Shown: piece after piece, positions 13,120 to 26,139 of the stretch | Numbering within the stretch: the stretch's first letter is position 1 | Layout: every line of letters begins with the position of its first letter | Assembly: GCA_964016885.1 (NCBI GenBank) | Contig: OZ024740.1 | Location: forward strand, 224,626,001 to 224,690,000 | Origin: Eledone cirrhosa | Lineage: Eukaryota | Length of the DNA stretch: 64,000 nt | Direction of reading: 5' to 3' | Made by a program: the position numbers and the translations under genes | Notes under the pieces: model-generated | What the model was told of the DNA's origin: nothing | The model's input: only the letters and a program-made list of their open reading frames with translations | Database searches by the model: none

Positions 13120-13308
13120 GGCGGTGGATTGGCAGTATCGGTAGAGGGTCGGACGCCATGCTTTCCAGCATAGTTACGTCCCTTTACCATCTGAGTTCAA
13201 ATCCCGCCGAGGTTGACTTTGCCTTTCATCCTAACGGGGTCGATAAAATAAAGTACCAGTAATGCACTGGTAATTGCTGGCCGTGTGCCTAAAGTAGAAA
13301 CAATTATT
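13120..13308 (+). mobile_element. tRNA-derived Nin-domain SINE (family A), full length
   Basis: A-box TGGCAGTATCGG, B-box GAGTTCAAATCC, Nin-like gcctttcatcc..ggggtcgataaaataaagtaccag, tail agaaacaattatt; TSD attatttca (13111-13119 / 13303-13311). Confidence 0.85.
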
Positions 13309-13489
13309 TCAAAATAAATACTTAATACAAAATTCTATAGGAATGAATCCAACAGTGATAGGAGGTATTGACTGTCACAACTTTCAAATTCTCCATCCCT
13401 ATATAACTTCAAACTTCAATGTTATTTAAAAAGTAAGTATGGTAATGTAATGATTCATCACTTCTAAAGGAAATCATAACATTATAGGC

Positions 13490-13596
13490 AGTTAAGTTTA
13501 GGCTTAGGTTAGGTTTACAGTTAGGGCTAGGGTTAGTGTTAAAGTTAGGGTTAGGTTTAGGGCTAAGGTTAGGGTTAAGGCTAGTGTTAGGGTTAA
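13490..13596 (+). repeat. Degenerate interstitial (TTAGGG)n-like array
   Basis: ttagggctagggttag..ttagggttaggtttagggctaaggttagggtt. Confidence 0.75.
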
Positions 13597-15223
13597 TCAT
13601 TAGACCACCAGAAATTTATTTTGTAGTATTTGATCTGGTTATCCCTGCTCAAATCCCACAAATGTTACCATTGCCTTTGATCCATCATTCAATATTGATA
13701 AACAAAGTACCAGTCCAGGAATTGTAGATTGGAGGAAATGTTAAAACACCAGTTTAAATGGTGTCTGTTGAGGTGTCTGTTGTTTAATTTCTGTATTCCA
13801 ATTTTCTCACCTATAAGTGGATAACTGTGACACTTCTGCCATGAGGCATGACTGACAGATAATATCAGAAATGGGAAAACAACTGAAATATACCCTCTGT
13901 ATGATTGGGATTCTGCTGATCAGTTATCATCATCAGCATTCATGGCAAGCAACATTTGTTAAATGGTTTGATTTCTAGTTGGATTTGTTTCATACCCTCA
14001 GGATAAACATTAAAAATATCTTTGTTCTTCTTTTCTACTCTTTTCTAGTTCTGCATTATGAGGTTCTATGCCAAATAAGACTGTGTTATTACAATTTTCA
14101 TTACTTTCATGTAATAACATTTCCCATGTGCCATTCATGCATATTGCACAACAATTAAATATTATGATAATTATATTTGTTGTTGCAATTATTACTTTTG
14201 TTAGTGCTGTTGCTGCCACAATCACTACTTCTATTGTTGCCACTAAAATCAAATTTAAATCTAATAATTCCCTTATTAACATATTTTCTAATGAGTTCCA
14301 TAAGAAACCTCTAATAAACAGAGTTAATGAACTTGTATTATCAATTAAAATAATTCAGTTTCTAAGTACAATACCAACCATTCAGTAATGGAAATATTAC
14401 AATTGAGGATTTATGTTTAGCTTATATTTTCATTCATTTAGCTTTTGTTAGCATGGTTATATATATTATTCAGTTAGTTAACTCCACAGTGTTCAGGCAC
14501 ACCAACCCTATCCAAGCAAGTTGTGAATGGTGAAATACTTTATCACATTCCATACTCCATAACTTGGTTATTCTATGCTTCAGGATATTCTAGATCTACA
14601 CTAATTTAAATTGGTGTTTAGTTTCAAGTTATTTCTTATCACAAAATTCTATTATGAAAACATATTTCAACCATAATCAACACATCATTGTTTATATCCT
14701 AATCTTTCCTTTTTAACAGTGATAGGATGTGATTTGAAAGTGGCTGCTATTACTAGAAGGTCAAGCAACTGCATAGAGCATGAATTGTTGGTTTGTTTCC
14801 ATATAGCTGTATTAAGTGCTTCCTTATAACTTTATCTTGGATTTACATATCTAGTAACACTATGTTGGCTGCATGCAAATCCATTAAAGCAAATTCTATT
14901 GAAATGATGCATTTGCAGCCCTTCATGCAAGTACTATCTTGTGTTGAGAAAATGTTCTTCTTTATGTATTTGTAGCCACAGTTATTACATAGCAATTTAA
15001 TTATATGTTCAGTGATTGGTATTTTTTTTGTATTAAGAAATTGTTCGGTGTTTCAAATATGACAAATAATTGAGCATTAGAGCATATCTCATTTTAGGTG
15101 TCAATACATAATTTTGGTGCCCTCTTTGAATGGCCATGTTGATCCGTGGAAGTAAGAATGTAGTTCCTATATCTTCATGGATGAGTCCTCCTTCTGTGAG
15201 AACTCATTACATTGTAGTAACTT

Positions 15224-15414
15224 AATTGTTTCTATTTTAGGCACAAGGCCAGCAATTACTCAGTACATTACTGGTACTTTATTTTATCGACCCCTGTAAG
15301 GATGAAAGGCAAAGTTAACCTCAGCGGGATTTGAACTCAGATCATAAAGGGACGTAACTCTTTGCTTCAAAGCATGGTGTCCAACTCTCTACCAATACTG
15401 CCAATCCACCGCCC
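15224..15414 (-). mobile_element. Nin-domain SINE (family A)
   Basis: Full-length copy; 13-bp TSD gtagtaacttaat (15214-15226 / 15418-15430). Confidence 0.85.
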
Positions 15415-16052
15415 TTAGTAGTAACTTAATGGCTTTATCTAGTATGAGGTGAGGTGATCACTCATATTGTTGAGCTTTTCGCTGAGTATGACTGAGTTAT
15501 TGCCAAGTATGATTCTACTACATTTTGTTCATGTTACTTAATTAGCATATGCTAAACAGTAGGGATAAGATAAGTAAATAAGTACATATTTCTTTATCTT
15601 ATTTGCATTCCCCAAATATAATTTATATGTATATATATATATATATATGTATGTATAAATATATACATATTCTTATATATACATTCTCCAGCCAAATTTT
15701 GAGCAAAAAAGATGAAGAAAACTTACCCCAACATTTGATTTTCATTTTTAGTTTTTAACTCCTATTAATTCTTTTAAATATTTTATTTTAATACTCAACA
15801 TTTGATAAGTTGAATTTTAATAATACATCGAAACCGGTTATACTTTATATACTTTATATACATTATAAAACTTTTTTTAAAAGAGAATTGTCCCTCTCAA
15901 TTTTTCAATAATGTTATTTTTTCAATAATGTCACTTTGACGAATCAAAGAAAGGATAAAATAAAGAAAACAAACCCTTAAATACATTTTCCGCGCTATTT
16001 CCAACTTCACCTTTTCTCTATATCCACCGTTTTGTATAGAACCTTACATCCC

Positions 16053-16085
<33 letters not shown>

Positions 16086-16219
16086 TATTCAAAATATTAA
16101 CAAATGAAAAATATTCTCATAATCAAAATATATACTTTATTATATATATTTCAAAGGTACTGTGTTGTTTTTTTTTGTTTTTTTTCAGTACGTCCTCATC
16201 AAACAAAATATATGATTTG

Positions 16220-16400
16220 TCCCAGACCCACACTGTAAATGTGGTTGGTGTTAGGAAGGGCATCCAACTGTAGAAAACCTGCCAGACAGTCCTATGCGAG
16301 CAAGACAATCACTCTTGCCTCAAGTGGGACTACTCCCGTCCAAACCCATGCAAGCGTGGAACACGGACGTTAAACGTTGATGATGATGATGATGATGATA
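16220..16400 (+). mobile_element. 5'-truncated RTE LINE 3' tail ending in (GAT)n
   Basis: Near-identical to 53043-53228. Confidence 0.8.
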
Positions 16401-16699
16401 TATGACATTCTGCTACGATCTTGATTATTCAATTCCAGTCAATTGAATAATCAAGACCGTAGAGGTATGTCATATAACAAATCCTATATTTTGTCTGATG
16501 AGGACATACTGAAAAAACAACACAGTACCTTTGATATATATATATAATAAAGCATATATTTTGATTATGAGAATTTTTTTCATTTGTTAATATTCTGAAT
16601 AATATTAAAAACTCCAGGAAAACTTACAGTTGAGTGCTTCTAATCTATTGTAAAATTGTATTCATTGAGTAATCAACTCACCATACTAATCTTTGGTTA

Positions 16700-16752
<53 letters not shown>

Positions 16753-16753
16753 T

Positions 16754-16797
<44 letters not shown>

Positions 16798-17000
16798 TTA
16801 TATATATTTATATATATTTATATATATTTATATAAATATATATTTATATATATTTATATATATATATATTTTTTTATTTTATATATATATATATAAATTT
16901 ATATATATATATATAACCAAAGATTAATATGGTTCGTTGATTACTGCCAATACTGGAATTGAATAATCAAAACCGTAGCGGTATGTCACATATCAAATCA

Positions 17001-17067
17001 TATATTTTGTCTGATGAAAACGTACTTAAAAACCATTGTACCTTTGAAATATGTATAATAAAATATA
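17001..17067 (+). ncRNA. Type-I hammerhead ribozyme motif
   Basis: tatattttgt-CTGATGA-aaacgtac...gtaccttt-GAAA-t(atgt)a-TA-ataaaatata; 10-bp stem I. Confidence 0.6.
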
Positions 17068-17713
17068 TATTTTGATTATGAGAATATTTTTCATTTATTA
17101 ACATTTTGAATAATATATATATATGCGTATATATATGTATAGATATATATATGTGTGTGTGTGTAGGTATGTATGTGTATCTCCATAGTACCATGAAACG
17201 TGAATATTCTAAGTAAATATAAACTATATTCCTAACCGTAATTTCAGTTAATTTAAATGTTAGTTTAGTTACTAGTTAATAAACTTGAACCAAAATATTC
17301 CACTTGAACCAAAATACATTAATATCAGCGGTTGGTTGTTCCTTGTTTTGTCAGATAACTAAAAAATATGTCGCCACTTCATAGACAGATACATGTAACT
17401 TGCCAATCAGTGAATTCAGACAATACTTTGTTTAGGGTGATCTACTGCTACGTCTGATGCCAATTCTATAGGCCTGCTGTCTGAAGGTTGCAATAACTAT
17501 GCATGGGGGCAGACATACACACGAACACACAATAGTATATGTTTGATAAATATAATTCCATCTCATTTCCACATTTGTTGCATCTCAAGTTGACCAGTAA
17601 TATGTGCACTTAGATGCACACATGTATATATATACACACACACACACACACAACTAATAACTAACCATATAAAAAACAACACTTATATGAAAATAATTTC
17701 TAACTGGATGAAT

Positions 17714-17902
17714 AATTGTTTCAACTTTGGGCACAAGGCCAGCAATTACCCAGTGCATTACTGGTACTTTATTTTATCGACCCCGTAAGGATGAAAGGCA
17801 AAGTAAACCTTGGTGGGATTTGAACTCAGACCGTAAAGGGATGTAACTATGCTGGAAAGCATGGCATCCGACTCTCTACCAATACTGCCAATCCACCACC
17901 GC
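17714..17902 (-). mobile_element. Nin-domain SINE (family A)
   Basis: Full-length copy; 18-bp TSD tctaactggat(g/a)aataat (17699-17716 / 17903-17920). Confidence 0.85.
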
Positions 17903-18214
17903 TCTAACTGGATAAATAATTATATGCCCTTATTTGGACAAACCACACCCCTGATGATGTAGCCAGTAAACGACCAAACCCTACAGCAAACAGGCTGGGA
18001 CTAACTATTGAAATGACAAGAGCTCAGCCATCTGGTCCTGAGTCATTATAATAAATATGTGTGTGTCTGTGTATATGTATATATATATATGTGTATATAT
18101 GTATGTATATATGTATGTATATATGTATATATATATATATATATATATGTATATGTGTATATATATATAGGTATATATATATATATATATATGTGCGTGT
18201 GTGTGTGTATGTGA

Positions 18215-18246
<32 letters not shown>

Positions 18247-18634
18247 ATATATGTATGTGTGTATATATACATATTTATTTATTTAGTAATTAATGTGTTG
18301 TGAATAAGTTTTTACAAGTCAAAGCTGATTTATCTTTCAAGTAATTTTTTATAAGTATATCTAAAGAAACAATGTTTTTGAAGAACTAACACGAAAGTTT
18401 CTCGAAAGAAACTGAAGAAATTGTTTTAAATGTCTTCTTCTGAAGTTTCCTGTTTATTTCATTTTTTAGAATTAATTAAATAAATATAGATGATGAGAAT
18501 CACAAACATCATTGAAGTGACTTTTCAATTTTTAACTGATAGGTATTTGAAAATTAATTAAAGAAAAAAAACATTTTCAGTATTCTCTGTCTTCTAATAA
18601 GCTGTTGTTTTTGTTGATTTTATATTACCTTGAA

Positions 18635-18792
18635 GGCAGAAAAATTGGCAGAGTAGATAAAATGTCAGATAGAATGTTTTGGACTATTTGTTTCTACTCT
18701 CTGTTCTCTGATTTCAAATCCCATTGATGTCAACTTTGCCTTTCATCCTTTTGAGGTTGATAAAAATTATCAGTCTAGTACTGGGGTTGATT
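18635..18792 (+). mobile_element. Older Nin-domain SINE copy
   Basis: ttggcagagtag..ttcaaatcc..gtcaactttgcctttcatccttttgaggttgataaaa. Confidence 0.6.
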
Positions 18793-19794
18793 CTTGCTCT
18801 TTATCTCTTTCTCATTTCCATTATTTCCCACTCTCTATCCTTCTCTGGAAGAACTCTGCCCTATTCAAACCTGGAGAGGCGATGGGCTCAGCCAGCTTTT
18901 AAAATGCCTTAGAAATGCTGTATGTCAGTATGGCACCCTTACAACTCTTTCTAGATTTACGGAAAAAAACGAGGATATCAGACTTGATTGAGCAGTTTTA
19001 TGATGCACATAGTGGACCAAATGATGATGTATGACACACAGTGTTCAATATTGCTAGTTATATTATGTTCCCATCTAGATGAAGTACATATTGTTCATTC
19101 CAACATGCAGTAAAGAAGTCTATGTGCTGCTACATGACAGTGGCCTCTCAGCTCTTGTCATTGGAAGTAAATATTGTTTGATCCTATGAGGCTATTTTTG
19201 TTTATATATGTTCTTCGTGCATGTCTCATCTGAACAGAAGAGATAATGTTTTAAAATGCTGTTGAAGCAATACGCGCTAGTGTTGTATATGATTTAGGAT
19301 GTTTGGAAGTGGTTTTTTATGCAATTACAGGCACTCTGGGGGAGAAACTAAATATGTCCTTTCCATATTTACACAGCCCTTCAGCTTTAGTATTTTTGAT
19401 TTGTTGTGTAAGGGGTTTTAGATGTCACTTGCATACAACTTATGATGCATAAGGAGCTATCCAACTGTTAAGACTCTATTTCTACTAACATATATCTTCA
19501 TTATTATACTGCAATATTTACTTAATTTGCATGCATATATACATAGATATATAGACACATCATATATATATATAAATAAAATGGTGGGCTGTGTGGTTGC
19601 AATTAAGTATAAGGAAAATAAAAGTTACAAGCAAAAGAGAGTAATACCCATCATCAGTTGTCTGCTAGGAATCATAGGTTTTTCTTCGTGTTAGAGGCAA
19701 TATGCCTCAGCCTAGTGCGAACAATAACTAGAATAAGTTATTGGGATAAAAAAGGGGGGGGGGGGGCGTAAACAGACACGAAAAGTGAAGCAAT

Positions 19795-20254
19795 GTAACG
19801 AGAGGAAAAATATCAGGTCAACAAATTTTTTCGGACATAAGTCCTGGCAAGTGCGACGAGAGAACAGACACGTCTTCACTGTAGCAGTGTGAGCGAGAAA
19901 AGAGACTGCTTGCAGTGGCGGACGAGGGAGGAAGTAAGCTAGCGGAGAGAGGGTGACTAGCAGAGTGGGTGAGCGAAAGTAAGAGGGAGCAGGAGAGAGA
20001 TGATTGCAACAAGGGAAGAGAAAAGACTGCTAGCCTGCCACTATCTCTTTCTCGCTTCCTCTTACTTTCACTCACTCCCTCTCTATTAGTCGCCCTCTCT
20101 CCGCTAGCTCACTTCCTCCCTCGTCCGCCACTGCAAGCAGTCTCTTTTCTCGCTCACACTGCTACAGTGACGATGTGTCTGTTCTCTCTCATCACACTTG
20201 CCAGGACTTATGTCTGAAAAAAGTGTGTTGACTTGATATTTTTCCTCTCTTTAC
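19795..20254. mobile_element. Foldback/MITE-like element with ~205-bp imperfect inverted arms and ~40-bp spacer
   Basis: 19795-20001 is the reverse complement of 20043-20254 with scattered mismatches; GC-richer than the flanks. Confidence 0.8.
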
Positions 20255-20795
20255 GAGACTGTAGTATCTAGAATAAGGACGAGTTGGAAGAAGTTTAGGG
20301 AGTTGCTTCCTCTGCTGACGAAGAAGGGTTTCTCCCAGCGTACGAAAGGCTGGTTATATGATGCCTGTGTGAGGTGCGCGATACTGCATGGTTGTGAGAC
20401 ATGGGCAGCAACTGCAGAGGATATGCAACGACTGGGGAGAAATGAGGCAAGCATGGTCCGTTGGATATGCAATATCAATGTGCGTGTATGACCGACCATG
20501 GATGTGTTGAGAGAGAAATTGTGTTTGAGTGGGATAAATTGTAGTGTGTGGGAGAGGAGACTATGATGGTATGGACCCGTGATGCGCATGGCGGATGACC
20601 GATGGGTGAAGAAGTGCCAAGAAATGCAAGTAGAAGGAAGACCACGAAAAACATGGGCTGAAGTGGTGACAGCAGACCTCAGATCACTGAAATTCACAGT
20701 GGGGATGATGAAAGACCATGTAAAGTGGAGAGATGCTGTGCTGAATAGGACCCGTCCCACCCTTGCAAGGAGGGAAAAATGATGATCATGATGAT
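20255..20795 (+). pseudogene. RTE LINE 3' fragment
   Basis: [53 protein letters not shown]; (GAT)n-like tail. Confidence 0.85.
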
Positions 20796-22099
20796 ATATA
20801 TACATATACCATTTAAGACTGAAATAGTGTCACATGAAAGAGTATCAGTTTCTGTGTTAGTATTTGTTCTTATGTTGTTTTGATCAACCTCACTATAAAT
20901 TTCTTTCGTAGAAAATACTTTACTATTAACAATATGAATTGTCTCACAAAACAGACCATAATACCTATTTTGAGATAGATACTGACTGATAGATATACAA
21001 ACAGAGGAAATAAACATCCTTATTCAAATACTATTTTATTTTTGTGGCAAAGTATAAAGCCATTTCATGCAGACCACAAAACTATAGCTATATATTTCCC
21101 CAGTTGTTATTTTTACAAATGTTTATCATTATCAATCATTACAAGTTTAGGATGTAAAGGGAGTTTACAATCCTAAACAATTCATACTAACACACACATT
21201 CCTTATCAAGCCACCACAACAATGCTTTTCGAGACATTACATTCTGCTTCACACACAATGCTACCACAACCACTTGACAAACAATTTCCCAACTTTTCTC
21301 AAACCACCTACCAATTATCATCACAACATACCTACACATCAATGAAGACAGCAAAAACACTTTTAGAAGCTTAAAAAAAAAAATCAATACAATAGAATGA
21401 CTTCCACCAAGAAACAAAATCAAGGTTTTCAGAATTTAACAATACCATAATCACCAACATAGACGTTGTAGTTCATACATTCAACAAAATAATTATAGTC
21501 AAACCTAAAAAACATATCTCAGAAGGCAACATAAAACATATGACCACAATTAGTACCAGAAATAGTCAACCTCATAAAAATTACAGACACTCTCAAACAC
21601 AATACACCAAAATCACTCAGAATTGAAAGAAAACTTAGCATCAAACCACTAAACAAGAAAACAACAACAACAAATAATAATAATAATAATGATAATAATA
21701 TTTCAGTTAAATAACATCAATGACTGAGACTCAAAGAATATAATAATGATGATGATGACGACGACAATAATAATAATAAATCATAGAAAATACGATAATG
21801 GTAACAATTTATATCCAATGTAACCCGCAAAACTAACAGTAAAACAATACACTGAATAATTAGCAGCTGCATCACTGACATTTGTCCCAGTAACAACCTT
21901 AAATAGCAAACACTAACACCAAGCAAATGTCTTTATCAAATATTTCTTGAAGACCAGCCAACAGAAAGCACACAAATTAGAAGGGAACATAAAATAAAAA
22001 ACAAGTGTTTTCCATCGAGACAAGGACATAGATTTGATGTGTTCTGTCTGTCAAATACAGAAAAAGCAATAGGGAAATCTTGTTCTTTTCTTCTCCCAC

Positions 22100-22550
22100 T
22101 TATTCCTAAGAGGGCCTTGGGGGCAGAGACCTCAAACATGCCTCAGAGCAGATCCTGTCAAAAGCAATTCTCTCCAATTGATCTACCTTGATCCCCAAGC
22201 ATGATCAGCCAAGCTCATGGATGTTATCCAACCATCTTGCTTGGGCTCTATCTCTGGATCTCCTGCCAGTTAGTATTGTATGTAAAATCTGTCCAGCATT
22301 TATTTTCTAAGGCATTCTAACAACATACCCAAAGTATTGGAGCTGTGATCTCTCAATTCAGAGAAGTAGCGGCTCTACCTGAAGCAAATCTCTGATCTCC
22401 AAGCTACACACTCTATTGAGTAACGTTTGTCAAAGACCTTTTCAGTCATTACATATGATTCATGGCCATAGGTAGGAGTTGGAATGTATACCGAATTGAA
22501 GATAATGAGTTTGCTTTTCCCACCTAACTCCTTTATTCTGATGACCGAAT
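22100..22550 (-). pseudogene. Degraded RTE-clade LINE 3' fragment (second family)
   Basis: Minus-strand KLIIFNSVYIPTPTYGHES motif. Confidence 0.55.
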
Positions 22551-22639
22551 GCTGACGCTAGGACATTAAACTATGATGATCATGACATATATTTATATAT
22601 AAATATATGTATATATATATATATATAATCACCACCAAA

Positions 22640-25040
22640 GTTTAATGTCCATTTCCCACACAAGCATGGGTTAGACAAGCTGTCCCATTGTGAGACAAAT
22701 CAAGTCGGGTAACTGTGTCTTGCTCGTACATAACAGATTTTGCTTTGGTTTCTATAGCTGGATGCCTTTCCTAATGCCAACCACTTTTGCAGTGTGTACT
22801 AGGTGCTTTTTGTTGTGACACCTACAGAACCACTTTACAGTATGGGTTGGGTGCTTTTTATAGATGACACCTAGATGACCACTTTACATTGTGGACTGAG
22901 TGCTTTTTGTCATCTTACCAACGCAACCAGTTTACAGTGTGGGCTGGGCGAGTACATGACCACTTTTCAGTGTAGGCTGTAGACTTTGGTGGGAGAGGTG
23001 CATAGGGATTGGGGATGTAGATCTAGAGGCATGGGTGAGGGGTGCAGTGGAGTATGACAACATGGGAAGTGTATGGAAGGGGTGATTGAGGGGAAGGTGG
23101 CACATATAACATGTATGCCTCAACCCATACACCTGGGTATGTGCGTCTTCTATGTTACTGCATAATGCCAGAGATCACGGTCATATGTCATCGCTATGAG
23201 AGGTGCATTTATGCAAGATCAGCTTTTATCACCTCATGGCAAGTCTTCCTGGGTCTTTGTAATCTATAGCTACCATCTACTTTGAGTGCCCTGCAGCTGT
23301 TATACAACTGCCATCCTTCATATGAATCACATGTTCATACCAACATAATCCCCTCCCTTGCACACTGCATCTGATCTCCCTTATTCCCAGTTTCTCTCCC
23401 AGTTCATTTATTCTTTGCCTTTCATGTATATTAGTTTTACACATCTGTTGAAGCGTGGAAGCTTCATTTCTTCCTAATCAATCTTCACAGGTCCTCAGCA
23501 TATAGTGCCCAGCTCTCACTACCATGCAACATTGGTGTTCATATATATGCATTATACAATCTTCTGTACATGTTGAGGGGGAAAACCTTTAGTAGTTAGC
23601 AGCATTAGTAGCTCCCTGAACTTTCTTCAACTTGTTCGCACTCTGGCTACTGTACTTTCAGAACACCTGCCTCTACTGCTAATTTGGTCACCCAGGTAAC
23701 AGCAACAGTCTACTACTTCTACAAAGCCCTTATGTCATTCAAAGGAGCTTCTATCCTGTGCAATCTTGTTACTTACTGCACTTGTACATCGATCACATGT
23801 AAAACCTACATTCTTTGCTAGGCTGTCTGAAATCCCACAACATCACTTGTGACACATAATTTGCATTTGTAACATAGGATGGAATTTCTACCTACTCATT
23901 TTCTGCACACTGGGCAAGACAATTTCTCTGAGGGAATGTGGGCCTTGTTTTCATTTCTACTTACTAGAACTTTGGTCTTTGCCAAGTTAACTTTAAGACC
24001 TTTTTGATTTTAGGCCATGTTTCCAGGTTTGGAATTACTACTCTAATTCTGCCATATATTCAGCTATAAGGGTTAAGTCATCTGCATACATGTCCCCATG
24101 GGAAGCCCATCTTAATCTCCTCTGGTATAGCCTGCAGGACAATAATAATTAGGAGAGGGCTAAGAACTGTGCCCTGATGAACACTGACCTGCTAAACACT
24201 TTACTATAGTCATTATTAGTTCTGACCTTGATGACTGTTCCTCTATATATGGCTTATATTGCCCTGACATGCCACCCTTCTTCTTATAGTTTTCTAAGAG
24301 CCCACCTAATAATTATTTCTACTTTTGGCACAAGGCCAGCAATTACCCGGTACATTACTGGTACTTTATTATATCGACCCCGTAAGGATGAAAGGCAAAG
24401 TTAACCTCGGCGGAATGGAACATGGAACTCTGTCAAAAGCTTTCTCCAGACCAACAAAAGCCAGGTGGAGGGGTTTACTTTTAGCTAGGTGCTTCTCCTG
24501 TGATACATTTACATGGCACAAATCCAAACTGTATCTCATTTTGGTTACATCTGTGCTATAACTCTTTGTGACCATTATAACCTGGTGAATCTCCTTTGCC
24601 ATTTGTAGCAGTTAATGATGATGCTGCTATGCAAGTCAATGTGTATGACAACATTATATATTACTTAGTTTACAGTATGGAGGACTATTGTTTGGCCCAT
24701 CATTCCTGAGTCTTTAAGCATCTTGGCAATTACTGCCAAAGGTCCAGCTGCTTTGCCTGTCTTCATATCTTTGATTGCCTTACATACTATACTATTGGTG
24801 GTTCACACTGCTGATCTCTCCATTAGGTCAACTTGGGGCAAACTATCTTCTTCCCATGAATTCTCCTCATTCAATAATCTTTCATAGTGGCAATTTCATG
24901 CTACCATATTTTCAGCATCAGTGAGGGCAAGTATGCCATTATTATCTCAGACACACTTCTCCCCATCAACATCACAGTTTCCCCTGACACACTGCCTTAA
25001 CATTCTGAAAATCTCATGTGTTTAGTCTTCATGCTGAAAA
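22640..25040 (-). pseudogene. Degraded RTE LINE (RT, PHD-like finger, 3'UTR), interrupted by a SINE fragment at ~24310-24418
   Basis: Homology to 48562-50098: [61 protein letters not shown]. Confidence 0.8.
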
Positions 25041-25214
25041 GAATGTATAAACTGCAGTCAGGGAATTTTAGTCAGGCATCCTATTTTTAAGTTGCTTGAC
25101 TGTGAATATATCCCCAGGGAAAGATGCTTGTGGAGCATTCTTTTTTTGAGTAATTTACTGGGATCTACACTTCAGTGAGTTTGTATAAGATATTATATGT
25201 ATGTTTTAAAAACA

Positions 25215-25425
25215 GTAATACAAATTTCCTTGATGTGAACGTAGATCTAACCACAGCTGTGTATAAACAATACCACCAACATAACGAAAAATTGAAGCAT
25301 ATTAATAAAGCCCCATACCACCCCTGCTCTTTTTAAAACCTTAGTTTCTGACATTAGTCATACTATCTCGAATCTATCAGCATCCAGGTAGATTTTAGAT
25401 AAGGCTAAGCCTTACTACAAAGCAC
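25215..25425 (+). pseudogene. Penelope-like RT C-terminal remnant
   Basis: TNFLDVNVDLTTAVYKQYHQHNEKLKHINKAPYHP...ISNLSAS..DKAKPYY; homologous to the 780-1020 region. Confidence 0.65.
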
Positions 25426-25872
25426 AACTGCTTGCTAAGTGGAACTACATAACAAATTCAACTGCTTTTCAACCAACTTAATTTGATTTATATGCTTCTG
25501 CTATATCTTTTCTTTCTCCTTCCACACTTACATAATACAATACACTTTCTTTACTACTCATCTTTGTACCTTAATAAATATTATCAATTCTATATTACAT
25601 TCTATGGCATATAACAATAAATAGGGTAAATTATATGAACACAAACACAGGAAGAATCTCAAATTTCAAATTTACATCTTGGAGTTATTTCCCTTTGTTA
25701 TAATACGTTTTTGTAAACACTCAATTTTGGGAAGCTTTACTTTTAATGGTATCTTATAAACTCATATAAGTGCCTGAAAAAGATCACAAATAATTTTATG
25801 ACTCTTGTATTCTGAAGGTATGGTGGAATTTTGGCCTTTAAACCTTGAGTAGTGCTTTTGTTCCGTGCATGA

Positions 25873-25910
<38 letters not shown>

Positions 25911-26093
25911 CTAGTTCCAGCCAACTAACTGAGGATGTGGTCGAACACTGCCATTGAAAAATCTGCTCCAGAAGAGGATCAAATTCACATGTGTGTGTGT
26001 AAGCATGTGCAAGCAGGGAAAAGCGGACGTAAAAAAAATGATGATGTTATATATATATATATATAGTATATATATCTATATATATATATATAA

Positions 26094-26139
<46 letters not shown>

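Larger units (their letters stand above)
16084..17115. repeat. Inverted + tandem repeat family with three hammerhead copies (pLTR-like)
   Basis: 16084-16435 is the inverted copy of 16441-16605 (interrupted by an RTE tail); a further direct copy lies at ~16958-17115. Cores are at ~16130-16210 (-, C3U), 16495 (+, GAAA>GATA) and 17011 (+, intact). Confidence 0.75.

Noticed and set aside
15800-15845. ttgataa...cGAAAccggTT hammerhead-like remnant
   Set aside because: The CUGANGA box is too degenerate and the stems are not supported
22780-22980. CRISPR-like short repeats (accactttacagtgt...ggtgctttt)
   Set aside because: Degenerate tandem subrepeats of the RTE 3'UTR in a eukaryotic context; no unique spacers or cas genes
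25928-25970. CTGAGGA-tgtgg..ccatt-GAAA motif
   Set aside because: No stem III/UH or stem I closure
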